NCBI GenBank assembly: GCA_964016885.1
Contig: OZ024746.1
Coordinates: 100,936,001 to 101,000,000 of the forward strand
Reading direction: 5' to 3'
DNA length: 64,000 nt
Source of the DNA: Eledone cirrhosa
Lineage: Eukaryota
Under the pieces are notes generated by a model. It was not told where the DNA came from. It did not search any database and saw only the letters and a program-made list of their open reading frames with translations. The first letter of the stretch is position 1. Each line of letters begins with the position of its first letter. Below are positions 13,145 to 26,959 of the stretch, piece by piece. Both the position numbers and the translations under genes were made by a program.

Positions 13145-14072
13145 CAGAGGTTCTCAAACTTTTACGTCCGCTGTTCCCTGCTTGCATATATTATACTATG
13201 TATGAATAAATATATATATGTCTTATTTTACTAGCTAAACTACCCGTCCTTTGGACGGTTCAAGTAGCTTTCGATGTAGCTCATTAAACTAAACAAAGTA
13301 AATTTGAATACATAAAAGAAAAACGTACTTTATGTAAACATGAAAACCTTAGGCACTATTCCAGCGAAATAATTAATATGTAAGCTCGGTGTCATCCGTT
13401 ATACCATGTAACAACAGAAATCCAGTCTAGGTATAAATTTGTTTGACAACAGTAAAAGCGTATCATGAAATAGAGAAGTGAAGTGAATAATATTGTAAAA
13501 GTTATGACATCACTTAATGTATGAACATCAAGCTTGAAACGATAAATTATACAATGTCAAATCTATAACCTAACTTAGTAATCTGTTAGAAATTGCTGGT
13601 TGTGAAATATACAAAATGATATTGTTAGTCTTAAGGAAGCGTACCTTTTGTTTCAAGTACAAAGGGTAAATTAAAATCCAAATGAGCCAAATTACGAAAG
13701 ATAACTCTTGTCTTACTTAAAGATAACTCTTGTCTTACTTAATCACGAAAATTGACACAAATAACCGAAACTTTTTTAATGTCTCCAAAGGCCCCAATAT
13801 TGATTTTTGAAAGCCTTTGTAGATCATGTACAGGTTTTGTGCAAGGAGAAGTTCTGTAAAAAATTTCAAAGGAATCGCATGAATGGTTTAGAATATATGA
13901 GCCCTCATTAAAAATTGTCCACACACACACATACAGAAAACTTTGTCTTTATATATATACAGATGTATCATTTGATATTTAAGATACTATTACCTCTCCC
14001 TTAGGCCCCAGTGCCCCCTGGACCTTCTCAGGGCCCCCTGGGGGCTGGTAGTGCCCACTTTAAAAACCTCTG
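13145..14072. mobile_element. Old hAT-like MITE hosting a Helitron
   Basis: Imperfect TIRs CAGAGGTTCTCAAAC and CTTTAAAAACCTCTG; 8-bp flanks CCCTAAAA and CTCTAGAT match at 5 of 8 positions. Confidence 0.55.
13231..13963 (-). mobile_element. Non-autonomous Helitron
   Basis: Minus strand begins A|TCTGTATATATATAAAG and ends CTAG|T; hairpin CCGTCC-ttt-GGACGG about 13 nt from the 3' end; (CA)n near the 5' end as in the 57186-58833 element. Confidence 0.85.
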
Positions 14073-15755
14073 CTCTAGATCACCTTAGAATAAACTGTAT
14101 TATTGTTTGACCTTCTAGAAACAGCAGCCAGAAAGAAAAGGACATATTAGTTAGAGCCATAGTCGAAAGATTTTTTTATCTCAGCAACAGTAACCTTTTA
14201 CTATATATATATATATATATCATTTAATGTCTGCTTCCTTGCTGGCAAGGGTTGGACTATATGTATATATATATTGGGGTTATATATGTGTGTATGTGGG
14301 GGTATATGTGTGCGTGTATATATATATGTTTAATTATTAAATAAACATTAAGACAGAAGTGACACAATCATATTTATTATATGTATTTCTATGGTACCGA
14401 CATGGAACTGTGTGATGTCATCAGATGTTAACCTAAGTGGGTTGTTATGTTGTTAGCTAACACGACAATGTCTGTGAAAGTCCAATTGGTGGAATTTATA
14501 AACTAAGCTGTTTTCATTGGTTTAAGTGTTGACAGGTCACTCTTGAGTGCTACTGGTAACAACCTGTTGCATGTCGGGTCATCGAAGACTAAACTGGCAA
14601 CCCTACCAAGTTCACTTGGTGAGGAGGGTGATTTTGGACACCCTGCAGGACAAAAAACAAAACCTGACAAACGGCGGAAGAACTCATAAGAGTCAACAGC
14701 CATCCAAAACTTTGTAAATATGTACATACAGTGTAGGTGTGGGTATGTAAATGTGTATACAGTATGGGTGTGAGGTGTGTAGTATTGATTGCACATTTAT
14801 CTGTGTATATATGTGTATATATTTGATTTTAAAAAAAGACCTGCCAAATCAATGGGAGGCAGTTGCTCCAGCTGGACTCATCGAAAGACTGGTGTAGTGG
14901 TTCTGAGAACAATGCAGCTTTGCAGATGATCAATGGAAAGGCGCTCCCGCTCAAGTTAGGAGAGAACTATTGACCTTCAGGAGAAGCAGTGACCCCTGAT
15001 TGTATACAGCAACCAAAACAAATTTTTTGCGAGCGGATATTCAACCGTAGATAGATAGATAGTTAAAGTATGTTGTTTATAATCTATTTCAATTTAAGCT
15101 TTATCATTTCTGTCAAGCTTCTGGCCATAAAATCTAAGTGAGTTCATTAGCTCAGTATATATACATGCATGCACCGCCACGTATTCATCTGTAGCCATAC
15201 AACTGTCCTTGGTCACTAAATATTTATTGCTCCAGCCATAGCGGTTCTGGGTTCAACATACACTGTAGTCCTTCTTATTATGTTATCAGTGCTAGCAACA
15301 TCAGTTACATTTTAACAACATACAGCATCAATGACAAATTTGTTACCACCTTTAAGCTGGATGGATGCTACTGACGTAGAGTGCTGCTCTTACCTGCTTA
15401 CACCTGTTTATTAACGAGACATCCCAATGCAACTCTTATGGATAACAACACAGTAATTAGCGATATAGGTGAATTGTTGAAGTCAGTGTGGAAGAACATT
15501 CCTACAAGCCACTCTATATCCCATCAAAGATATACGACTGGCCTGGCTGAGAAATATATCTTTATGCAACCTTTATAATATCAAAAAGAACTAAATTGTT
15601 CTCTGTGTATACATATAAACAAATTCTTCCATATGATTCTCTGTCTCTCAGATGACATACAAGCCCAGTTTGTTTAGAGAGATACCTTTTAAATGAGAGA
15701 GAAACTCCATAAACTTTTAACTTATATTTCTAACACCTTTTTTTTTCTTTTTTAG

Positions 15756-16555
15756 AGGAAAGAAACCACATCAAAGTAGTTTGGGTGAAAGGCATGGAAA
15801 CCTGGTAAATAAAGAACTGAAAGTAACTACTAATATGCTAGATGTTCTTGTTTTACCTCAAACGATATTTAATGGTCAATGCATTACATCAGCTCCACTC
15901 CCTTTCCTTATTGATATAACTTCTCACTGTACTTATTATGTAGACAACAACATTTGTTCAAACAACTCTGCATTAAGTGCTATGTCATATGTACTATCAA
16001 CATCTCTAATTAACTTTAATTGCCCTTTATCTGATGATCAACAACATGATATTGTTCCTATTGATGTTAATTACTATTGTACTGAAAATGTAAATTTCTA
16101 CATAAAAAACTTTAATTCTTCAACTAATGTTTGGAAAGAAGAGCTTAATAAATCTATGAATTGCTTGTTTAATGAAACATATTGCTCAAACAATAATGAC
16201 AATGTTTTAGAAAGACGTTGTGATTGGGATGACAGTTATACAAGACCACCCATTCCTCTTGTAAGAAGAGAACTAAATGAGATATTTTGTGATAATGTCG
16301 TCCTTTCAGTGAGTTATCAGTTTATATGGAATGGAACAAAAATTATATTCTTAAATGCATCAATTGTTCTTGGAAATATTTCTTTGTCTGAAATTAATCG
16401 AAATATGGACAAAAAAAATGAGTCTAAAATGTATGATAGTAGATTGTCCCCAAATAGAGACATCACTCATTTAACACAGCATTATAAAGTACATTATGTG
16501 AACATCCATAACAAATCTGACAGTAAAATTCAATACACTCGCTCAGGAAATCCTG
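15756..16555 (+). CDS. TCTN2: Tectonic gene large (800-nt) exon ending RSGNP-G
   Basis: Poly-T TAG acceptor, G/GTAAG donor, fully open; motifs C.NVVLSVSYQFIWNG..I and TRSGNPG. Confidence 0.95.
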
Positions 16556-16617
16556 GTAAGTTGGATATACTTCATTTCTTAAACGTTTTTACATTCCTGT
16601 TCTAAGATAGAACCAGT

Positions 16618-17210
16618 TGTCGTCATCATCGTCACCATTTTACGTCCAGTCTTCCACACTAGCATGGCTTAGACAGGTTGTCCTGTTGTGGGCAATGCCG
16701 TGTCGGGTGACCATGTCTTGTTCATACGGGAACTGATTTTGGTTTGATTTCTACAGCTGGATGCCCTTCCTAACACCAACCTCATTTACAGTGAGTGATG
16801 GGTGCTTTTTTCCATGGCGCCTACACGTCCACTTTACAGTGTGGGCTGGGTGCTTTTTTGCAGTGGGAGGGGGTGGAGGCATATTGTCTATATGCTTCAG
16901 CTTCAGCTTGTACCCATGGGAAGTCAGGTCTTCTGTATTACTGCATGACGCCAGAGGTCACGGTCGTGTGTCATCACCTTTGAGAGGTGCAATTGGACAA
17001 GGTCAGCTTTTATCACCTCATCCCAGGTCTTCTTGGGTCTCCCCACTCCAAGGCCTCCATCGACTTCCAGTGCTCTGCACCTTTTTATGCAGCTGTCATC
17101 CTTCATACGCATCACATGTCCATACCAGCGCAACCTCCTCTCCTGCACACAGCATTTGATTCCTCTTATGCTCAGTCTCTCTCTCAATTCATTTATGCTT
17201 TGCTGTTCAT
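16618..17210 (-). mobile_element. 5'-truncated RTE LINE
   Basis: ERRLRWYGHVMRMKDDSC...GRPKKTWDEVIK; very similar to 49730-50330. Confidence 0.92.
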
Positions 17211-17269
17211 GTATATTAACTATTGTGACATGGAATTAAAAGTAGGATTTATTATTAGGAAAGTTACAA

Positions 17270-17398
17270 GGTGATGGGCAAAGTTAGAGCATCAGACCAA
17301 TGCTTAGCAGAATTTGTTGAGGGTTTTTATATTCTGAGTTCAAATCCTATTTGGGTCAATGTTGCCTTTTATCAATCCGAGGTTGATAAAGTATCGAC
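17270..17398 (+). mobile_element. Degenerate family A SINE directly preceding the 27-bp array
   Basis: TTCTGAGTTCAAATCC...TTGCCTTT...GAGGTTGATAAAGTA. Confidence 0.7.
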
Positions 17399-17400
17399 AT

Positions 17401-20400
17401 TGTTGGTAATATAGGTAGTAACTCTGTTATTGGTAATATAGGTAGTAACTCTGTTATTGGTAATATAGGTAGTAACTCTGTTATTGGTAATATAGGTAGT
17501 AACTCTGTTATTGGTAATACAGGTAGTAACTCTGTTATTGGTAATACAGGTAGTAACGACATTGGTAATACAGGTAGTAACTCTGTTATTGGTAATACAG
17601 GTAGTAACTCTGTTATTGGTAATACAGGTAGTAACTCTGTTATTGGTAATACAGGTAGTAACGACATTGGTAATACAGGTAGTAACTCTGTTATTGGTAA
17701 TACAGGTAGTAACTCTGTTATTGGTAATATAGGTAGTAACTCTGTTATTGGTAATACAGGTAGTAACTCTGTTATTGGTAATACAGGTAGTAACTCTGTT
17801 ATTGGTAATACAGGTAGTAACTCTGTTATTGGTAATACAGGTAGTAACTCTGTTATTGGTAATACAGGTAGTAACTCTGTTATTGGTAATACAGGTAGTA
17901 ACTCTGTTATTGGTAATACAGGTAGTAACTCTGTTATTGGTAATATAGGTAGTAACTCTGTTATTGGTAATACAGGTAGTAACTCTGTTATTGGTAATAC
18001 AGGTAGTAACTCTGTTATTGGTAATACAGGTAGTAACTCTGTTATTGGTAATATAGGTAGTAACGACATTGGTAATACAGGTAGTAACTCTGTTATTGGT
18101 AATATAGGTAGTAACTCTGTTATTGGTAATATAGGTAGTAACTCTGTTATTGGTAATACAGGTAGTAACTCTGTTATTGGTAATACAGGTAGTAACTCTG
18201 TTATTGGTAATATAGGTAGTAACTCTGTTATTGGTAATACAGGTAGTAACGACATTGGTAATACAGGTAGTAACTCTGTTATTGGTAATACAGGTAGTAA
18301 CTCTGTTATTGGTAATATAGGTAGTAACTCTGTTATTGGTAATACAGGTAGTAACTCTGTTATTGGTAATACAGGTAGTAACTCTGTTATTGGTAATACA
18401 GGTAGTAACTCTGTTATTGGTAATATAGGTAGTAACGACATTGGTAATACAGGTAGTAACTCTGTTATTGGTAATATAGGTAGTAACTCTGTTATTGGTA
18501 ATATAGGTAGTAACTCTGTTATTGGTAATACAGGTAGTAACTCTGTTATTGGTAATACAGGTAGTAACTCTGTTATTGGTAATATAGGTAGTAACTCTGT
18601 TATTGGTAATACAGGTAGTAACGACATTGGTAATACAGGTAGTAACTCTGTTATTGGTAATACAGGTAGTAACTCTGTTATTGGTAATATAGGTAGTAAC
18701 TCTGTTATTGGTAATACAGGTAGTAACTCTGTTATTGGTAATACAGGTAGTAACTCTGTTATTGGTAATACAGGTAGTAACTCTGTTATTGGTAATACAG
18801 GTAGTAACTCTGTTATTGGTAATACAGGTAGTAACTCTGTTATTGGTAATACAGGTAGTAACTCTGTTATTGGTAATACAGGTAGTAACTCTGTTATTGG
18901 TAATATAGGTAGTAACTCTGTTATTGGTAATACAGGTAGTAACTCTGTTATTGGTAATACAGGTAGTAACGACATTGGTAATACAGGTAGTAACTCTGTT
19001 ATTGGTAATACAGGTAGTAACTCTGTTATTGGTAATATAGGTAGTAACTCTGTTATTGGTAATACAGGTAGTAACTCTGTTATTGGTAATACAGGTAGTA
19101 ACTCTGTTATTGGTAATATAGGTAGTAACTCTGTTATTGGTAATACAGGTAGTAACTCTGTTATTGGTAATACAGGTAGTAACTCTGTTATTGGTAATAC
19201 AGGTAGTAACTCTGTTATTGGTAATACAGGTAGTAACTCTGTTATTGGTAATACAGGTAGTAACTCTGTTATTGGTAATACAGGTAGTAACGACATTGGT
19301 AATACAGGTAGTAACTCTGTTATTGGTAATACAGGTAGTAACTCTGTTATTGGTAATATAGGTAGTAACTCTGTTATTGGTAATACAGGTAGTAACTCTG
19401 TTATTGGTAATACAGGTAGTAACTCTGTTATTGGTAATACAGGTAGTAACTCTGTTATTGGTAATACAGGTAGTAACTCTGTTATTGGTAATACAGGTAG
19501 TAACGACATTGGTAATACAGGTAGTAACTCTGTTATTGGTAATACAGGTAGTAACTCTGTTATTGGTAATATAGGTAGTAACTCTGTTATTGGTAATACA
19601 GGTAGTAACGACATTGGTAATACAGGTAGTAACTCTGTTATTGGTAATACAGGTAGTAACTCTGTTATTGGTAATATAGGTAGTAACTCTGTTATTGGTA
19701 ATACAGGTAGTAACTCTGTTATTGGTAATATAGGTAGTAACTCTGTTATTGGTAATACAGGTAGTAACTCTGTTATTGGTAATACAGGTAGTAACTCTGT
19801 TATTGGTAATACAGGTAGTAACTCTGTTATTGGTAATACAGGTAGTAACTCTGTTATTGGTAATATAGGTAGTAACTCTGTTATTGGTAATACAGGTAGT
19901 AACTCTGTTATTGGTAATATAGGTAGTAACTCTGTTATTGGTAATACAGGTAGTAACGACATTGGTAATACAGGTAGTAACTCTGTTATTGGTAATACAG
20001 GTAGTAACTCTGTTATTGGTAATACAGGTAGTAACTCTGTTATTGGTAATACAGGTAGTAACTCTGTTATTGGTAATACAGGTAGTAACTCTGTTATTGG
20101 TAATACAGGTAGTAACTCTGTTATTGGTAATACAGGTAGTAACTCTGTTATTGGTAATACAGGTAGTAACTCTGTTATTGGTAATACAGGTAGTAACTCT
20201 GTTATTGGTAATACAGGTAGTAACGACATTGGTAATACAGGTAGTAACTCTGTTATTGGTAATATAGGTAGTAACTCTGTTATTGGTAATACAGGTAGTA
20301 ACTCTGTTATTGGTAATATAGGTAGTAACTCTGTTATTGGTAATATAGGTAGTAACTCTGTTATTGGTAATACAGGTAGTAACTCTGTTATTGGTAATAC

Positions 20401-23400
20401 AGGTAGTAACTCTGTTATTGGTAATACAGGTAGTAACTCTGTTATTGGTAATACAGGTAGTAACGACATTGGTAATACAGGTAGTAACTCTGTTATTGGT
20501 AATACAGGTAGTAACTCTGTTATTGGTAATATAGGTAGTAACTCTGTTATTGGTAATATAGGTAGTAACTCTGTTATTGGTAATACAGGTAGTAACTCTG
20601 TTATTGGTAATACAGGTAGTAACTCTGTTATTGGTAATACAGGTAGTAACTCTGTTATTGGTAATACAGGTAGTAACGACATTGGTAATACAGGTAGTAA
20701 CTCTGTTATTGGTAATATAGGTAGTAACTCTGTTATTGGTAATACAGGTAGTAACGACATTGGTAATACAGGTAGTAACTCTGTTATTGGTAATATAGGT
20801 AGTAACTCTGTTATTGGTAATACAGGTAGTAACTCTGTTATTGGTAATACAGGTAGTAACTCTGTTATTGGTAATACAGGTAGTAACTCTGTTATTGGTA
20901 ATACAGGTAGTAACGACATTGGTAATACAGGTAGTAACTCTGTTATTGGTAATACAGGTAGTAACTCTGTTATTGGTAATACAGGTAGTAACGACATTGG
21001 TAATACAGGTAGTAACTCTGTTATTGGTAATATAGGTAGTAACTCTGTTATTGGTAATATAGGTAGTAACTCTGTTATTGGTAATACAGGTAGTAACTCT
21101 GTTATTGGTAATATAGGTAGTAACTCTGTTATTGGTAATACAGGTAGTAACTCTGTTATTGGTAATACAGGTAGTAACGACATTGGTAATACAGGTAGTA
21201 ACTCTGTTATTGGTAATATAGGTAGTAACTCTGTTATTGGTAATATAGGTAGTAACTCTGTTATTGGTAATACAGGTAGTAACGACATTGGTAATACAGG
21301 TAGCAACTCTGTTATTGGTAATATAGGTAGTAACTCTGTTATTGGTAATATAGGTAGTAACTCTGTTATTGGTAATACAGGTAGTAACTCTGTTATTGGT
21401 AATACAGGTAGTAACGACATTGGTAATACAGGTAGTAACTCTGTTATTGGTAATATAGGTAGTAACTCTGTTATTGGTAATACAGGTAGTAACTCTGTTA
21501 TTGGTAATACAGGTAGTAACTCTGTTATTGGTAATATAGGTAGTAACTCTGTTATTGGTAATACAGGTAGTAACGACATTGGTAATACAGGTAGTAACTC
21601 TGTTATTGGTAATACAGGTAGTAACTCTGTTATTGGTAATACAGGTAGTAACTCTGTTATTGGTAATACAGGTAGTAACTCTGTTATTGGTAATATAGGT
21701 AGTAACTCTGTTATTGGTAATACAGGTAGTAACGACATTGGTAATATAGGTAGTAACTCTGTTATTGGTAATACAGGTAGTAACTCTGTTATTGGTAATA
21801 CAGGTAGTAACTCTGTTATTGGTAATATAGGTAGTAACTCTGTTATTGGTAATACAGGTAGTAACGACATTGGTAATATAGGTAGTAACTCTGTTATTGG
21901 TAATACAGGTAGTAACTCTGTTATTGGTAATACAGGTAGTAACTCTGTTATTGGTAATACAGGTAGTAACTCTGTTATTGGTAATATAGGTAGTAACTCT
22001 GTTATTGGTAATACAGGTAGTAACTCTGTTATTGGTAATACAGGTAGTAACTCTGTTATTGGTAATACAGGTAGTAACTCTGTTATTGGTAATACAGGTA
22101 GTAACTCTGTTATTGGTAATACAGGTAGTAACTCTGTTATTGGTAATATAGGTAGTAACTCTGTTATTGGTAATACAGGTAGTAACTCTGTTATTGGTAA
22201 TACAGGTAGTAACTCTGTTATTGGTAATACAGGTAGTAACTCTGTTATTGGTAATATAGGTAGTAACTCTGTTATTGGTAATACAGGTAGTAACGACATT
22301 GGTAATACAGGTAGTAACTCTGTTATTGGTAATACAGGTAGTAACTCTGTTATTGGTAATACAGGTAGTAACTCTGTTATTGGTAATACAGGTAGTAACT
22401 CTGTTATTGGTAATACAGGTAGTAACTCTGTTATTGGTAATACAGGTAGTAACTCTGTTATTGGTAATACAGGTAGTAACGACATTGGTAATACAGGTAG
22501 TAACTCTGTTATTGGTAATACAGGTAGTAACTCTGTTATTGGTAATACAGGTAGTAACTCTGTTATTGGTAATACAGGTAGTAACTCTGTTATTGGTAAT
22601 ACAGGTAGTAACGACATTGGTAATACAGGTAGTAACTCTGTTATTGGTAATACAGGTAGTAACTCTGTTATTGGTAATACAGGTAGTAACGACATTGGTA
22701 ATACAGGTAGTAACTCTGTTATTGGTAATACAGGTAGTAACTCTGTTATTGGTAATATAGGTAGTAACTCTGTTATTGGTAATACAGGTAGTAACTCTGT
22801 TATTGGTAATACAGGTAGTAACTCTGTTATTGGTAATACAGGTAGTAACTCTGTTATTGGTAATACAGGTAGTAACGACATTGGTAATACAGGTAGTAAC
22901 TCTGTTATTGGTAATACAGGTAGTAACTCTGTTATTGGTAATATAGGTAGTAACTCTGTTATTGGTAATACAGGTAGTAACTCTGTTATTGGTAATACAG
23001 GTAGTAACTCTGTTATTGGTAATACAGGTAGTAACTCTGTTATTGGTAATACAGGTAGTAACTCTGTTATTGGTAATACAGGTAGTAACTCTGTTATTGG
23101 TAATACAGGTAGTAACTCTGTTATTGGTAATACAGGTAGTAACTCTGTTATTGGTAATACAGGTAGTAACTCTGTTATTGGTAATACAGGTAGTAACTCT
23201 GTTATTGGTAATACAGGTAGTAACTCTGTTATTGGTAATATAGGTAGTAACTCTGTTATTGGTAATACAGGTAGTAACGACATTGGTAATACAGGTAGTA
23301 ACTCTGTTATTGGTAATATAGGTAGTAACTCTGTTATTGGTAATACAGGTAGTAACTCTGTTATTGGTAATATAGGTAGTAACTCTGTTATTGGTAATAC

Positions 23401-25690
23401 AGGTAGTAACTCTGTTATTGGTAATACAGGTAGTAACTCTGTTATTGGTAATACAGGTAGTAACTCTGTTATTGGTAATATAGGTAGTAACTCTGTTATT
23501 GGTAATACAGGTAGTAACGACATTGGTAATACAGGTAGTAACTCTGTTATTGGTAATATAGGTAGTAACTCTGTTATTGGTAATACAGGTAGTAACTCTG
23601 TTATTGGTAATACAGGTAGTAACTCTGTTATTGGTAATACAGGTAGTAACTCTGTTATTGGTAATATAGGTAGTAACTCTGTTATTGGTAATACAGGTAG
23701 TAACTCTGTTATTGGTAATACAGGTAGTAACTCTGTTATTGGTAATATAGGTAGTAACTCTGTTATTGGTAATACAGGTAGTAACTCTGTTATTGGTAAT
23801 ACAGGTAGTAACTCTGTTATTGGTAATATAGGTAGTAACTCTGTTATTGGTAATACAGGTAGTAACTCTGTTATTGGTAATACAGGTAGTAACGACATTG
23901 GTAATACAGGTAGTAACTCTGTTATTGGTAATACAGGTAGTAACTCTGTTATTGGTAATATAGGTAGTAACTCTGTTATTGGTAATATAGGTAGTAACTC
24001 TGTTATTGGTAATATAGGTAGTAACTCTGTTATTGGTAATACAGGTAGTAACTCTGTTATTGGTAATACAGGTAGTAACTCTGTTATTGGTAATACAGGT
24101 AGTAACTCTGTTATTGGTAATATAGGTAGTAACTCTGTTATTGGTAATACAGGTAGTAACTCTGTTATTGGTAATATAGGTAGTAACTCTGTTATTGGTA
24201 ATACAGGTAGTAACTCTGTTATTGGTAATATAGGTAGTAACTCTGTTATTGGTAATACAGGTAGTAACTCTGTTATTGGTAATACAGGTAGTAACTCTGT
24301 TATTGGTAATACAGGTAGTAACTCTGTTATTGGTAATACAGGTAGTAACTCTGTTATTGGTAATACAGGTAGTAACTCTGTTATTGGTAATACAGGTAGT
24401 AACGACATTGGTAATACAGGTAGTAACTCTGTTATTGGTAATACAGGTAGTAACGACATTGGTAATACAGGTAGTAACTCTGTTATTGGTAATACAGGTA
24501 GTAACTCTGTTATTGGTAATACAGGTAGTAACTCTGTTATTGGTAATACAGGTAGTAACTCTGTTATTGGTAATACAGGTAGTAACTCTGTTATTGGTAA
24601 TACAGGTAGTAACTCTGTTATTGGTAATACAGGTAGTAACTCTGTTATTGGTAATATAGGTAGTAACTCTGTTATTGGTAATACAGGTAGTAACTCTGTT
24701 ATTGGTAATACAGGTAGTAACTCCGTTATTGGTAATACAGGTAGTAACGACATTGGTAATACAGGTAGTAACTCTGTTATTGGTAATACAGGTAGTAACT
24801 CTGTTATTGGTAATACAGGTAGTAACTCTGTTATTGGTAATACAGGTAGTAACTCCGTTATTGGTAATACAGGTAGTAACTCTGTTATTGGTAATACAGG
24901 TAGTAACTCTGTTATTGGTAATACAGGTAGTAACTCCGTTATTGGTAATACAGGTAGTAACGACATTGGTAATACAGGTAGTAACTCTGTTATTGGTAAT
25001 ACAGGTAGTAACTCTGTTATTGGTAATACAGGTAGTAACTCTGTTATTGGTAATACAGGTAGTAACTCCGTTATTGGTAATACAGGTAGTAACGACATTG
25101 GTAATACAGGTAGTAACTCTGTTATTGGTAATACAGGTAGTAACTCTGTTATTGGTAATACAGGTAGTAACTCTGTTATTCGTAATACAGGTAGTAACTC
25201 CGTTATTGGTAATACAGGTAGTAACGACATTGGTAATACAGGTAGTAACTCTGTTATTGGTAATACAGGTAGTAACTCTGTTATTGGTAATACAGGTAGT
25301 AACTCCGTTATTGGTAATACAGGTAGTAACGACATTGGTAATACAGGTAGTAACTCTGTTATTGGTAATACAGGTAGTAACTCTGTTATTGGTAATACAG
25401 GTAGTAACTCTGTTATTGGTAATACAGGTAGTAACTCTGTTATTGGTAATACAGGTAGTAACTCCGTTATTGGTAATACAGGTAGTAACGACATTGGTAA
25501 TACAGGTAGTAACTCTGTTATTGGTAATACAGGTAGTAACTCTGTTATTGGTAATACAGGTAGTAACTCTGTTATTCGTAATACAGGTAGTAACTCTGTT
25601 ATTGGTAATACAGGTAGTAACTCCGTTATTGGTAATACAGGTAGTAACTCTGTTATTGGTAATACAGGTAGTAACTCCGTTATTGGTAAT
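17401..25690. repeat. Minisatellite, 27-bp unit GGTAATAYAGGTAGTAACTCTGTTATT with a 24-bp variant (…GTAACGACATT), about 310 copies, 8.3 kb
   Basis: Direct periodicity; accounts for the 2712-aa and 2778-aa minus-strand ORFs. Confidence 0.99.
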
Positions 25691-26083
25691 GCTATATATT
25701 GAGCACACTACTGTGTATTATCTCTTAATTGGGATTCATAATTATTGTAAAAGGGTAGAATTAAGCAGGAGAAGTTTATTTATTCTGCAATTATCTTTAG
25801 TAGCTTCATGATTGGTAATTATCAATCATGTGATTATAAACAAGGTAACTCCCTGTATGGTTGTTTTACAGATCTATACCAAAATGTATTTGTAAATAAT
25901 TTACCTGCACCAACCTTGATATAACCTGACATAACATTATATAGGGATTTCTTAAATGCTTCTGCAAATGACCTACAATAACAGCTTGGTCTGAATTTTT
26001 ATTTATTTTGGTTGTTATAATTGCAACTGATACCATCATTTGTTTTAACATCTGGGTTTTTGTGCTTCCGATGATTGGATAGC

Positions 26084-26524
26084 TTTACAATCAGTTGTCT
26101 TCATCCAGTACACCAGTTTTACAATCAGTTGTCTTCATCCAGTACACCAGTTTTACAATCAGTTGTCTTCATCCAGTACACCAGTTTTACAATCAGTTGT
26201 CTTCATCCAGTACACCAGTTTTACAATCAGTTGTCTTCATCCAGTACACCAGTTTTACAATCAGTTGTCTTCATCCAGTACACCAGTTTTACAATCAGTT
26301 GTCTTCATCCAGTACACCAGTTTTACAATCAGTTGTCTTCATCCAGTACACCAGTTTTACAATCAGTTGTCTTCATCCAGTACACCAGTTTTACAATCAG
26401 TTGTCTTCATCCAGTACACCAGTTTTACAATCAGTTGTCTTCATCCAGTACACCAGTTTTACAATCAGTTGTCTTCATCCAGTACACCAGTTTTACAATC
26501 AGTTGTCTTCATCCAGTACACCAG
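26084..26524. repeat. Minisatellite, 34-bp unit TTTTACAATCAGTTGTCTTCATCCAGTACACCAG, about 13 identical copies
   Basis: Perfect direct periodicity. Confidence 0.98.
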
Positions 26525-26959
26525 CTACTATATTTTCTGTAATTTTGACAATTTGTTTAAGGAAAGGATATCCTTCCTTTTGTTAAAGACACTTTTATTG
26601 TGTGGTATCAGTACTATAGAAGTAAGTTTGATCACAATAACAGCTTTGTTTATTTTAAGCTGGCTTCAGCCTCAATGAGTAAAATAAAAGAAAACTGACA
26701 AGTCCTATTTATAGGATGATTGTATTGGTGGTCATTCTGGTGCCACAACAAAAAGCACCCAGTTCACTCTGTAAAGTGTTAGCGTCACACTAAAAGCACC
26801 CAGTATGGAAAATAGACATTAAATGGTGATGCCTTCATCATGTTCACTAGCACTGAAAACCTTTAATTCCTGAGTGAGATCTCTTAATCAGATTTTTTCA
26901 TTGTAGACTTTTTAATGTCCACAAAAAACATACCTGCTTTGATTTAATAATTTTTTTTT

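Noticed and set aside
17356-25811. 2712-aa, 2778-aa and VIQVVTLLL ORFs as real genes
   Set aside because: Pure 27/24-bp tandem repeat open in several frames, with no synonymous divergence, lying inside an intron whose flanking exons join the RSGNPGY motif.
26084-26524. CRISPR array (34-bp repeats; also considered for the 36- and 49-bp arrays)
   Set aside because: Repeats are contiguous with no unique spacers, there are no cas genes, and the context is eukaryotic.
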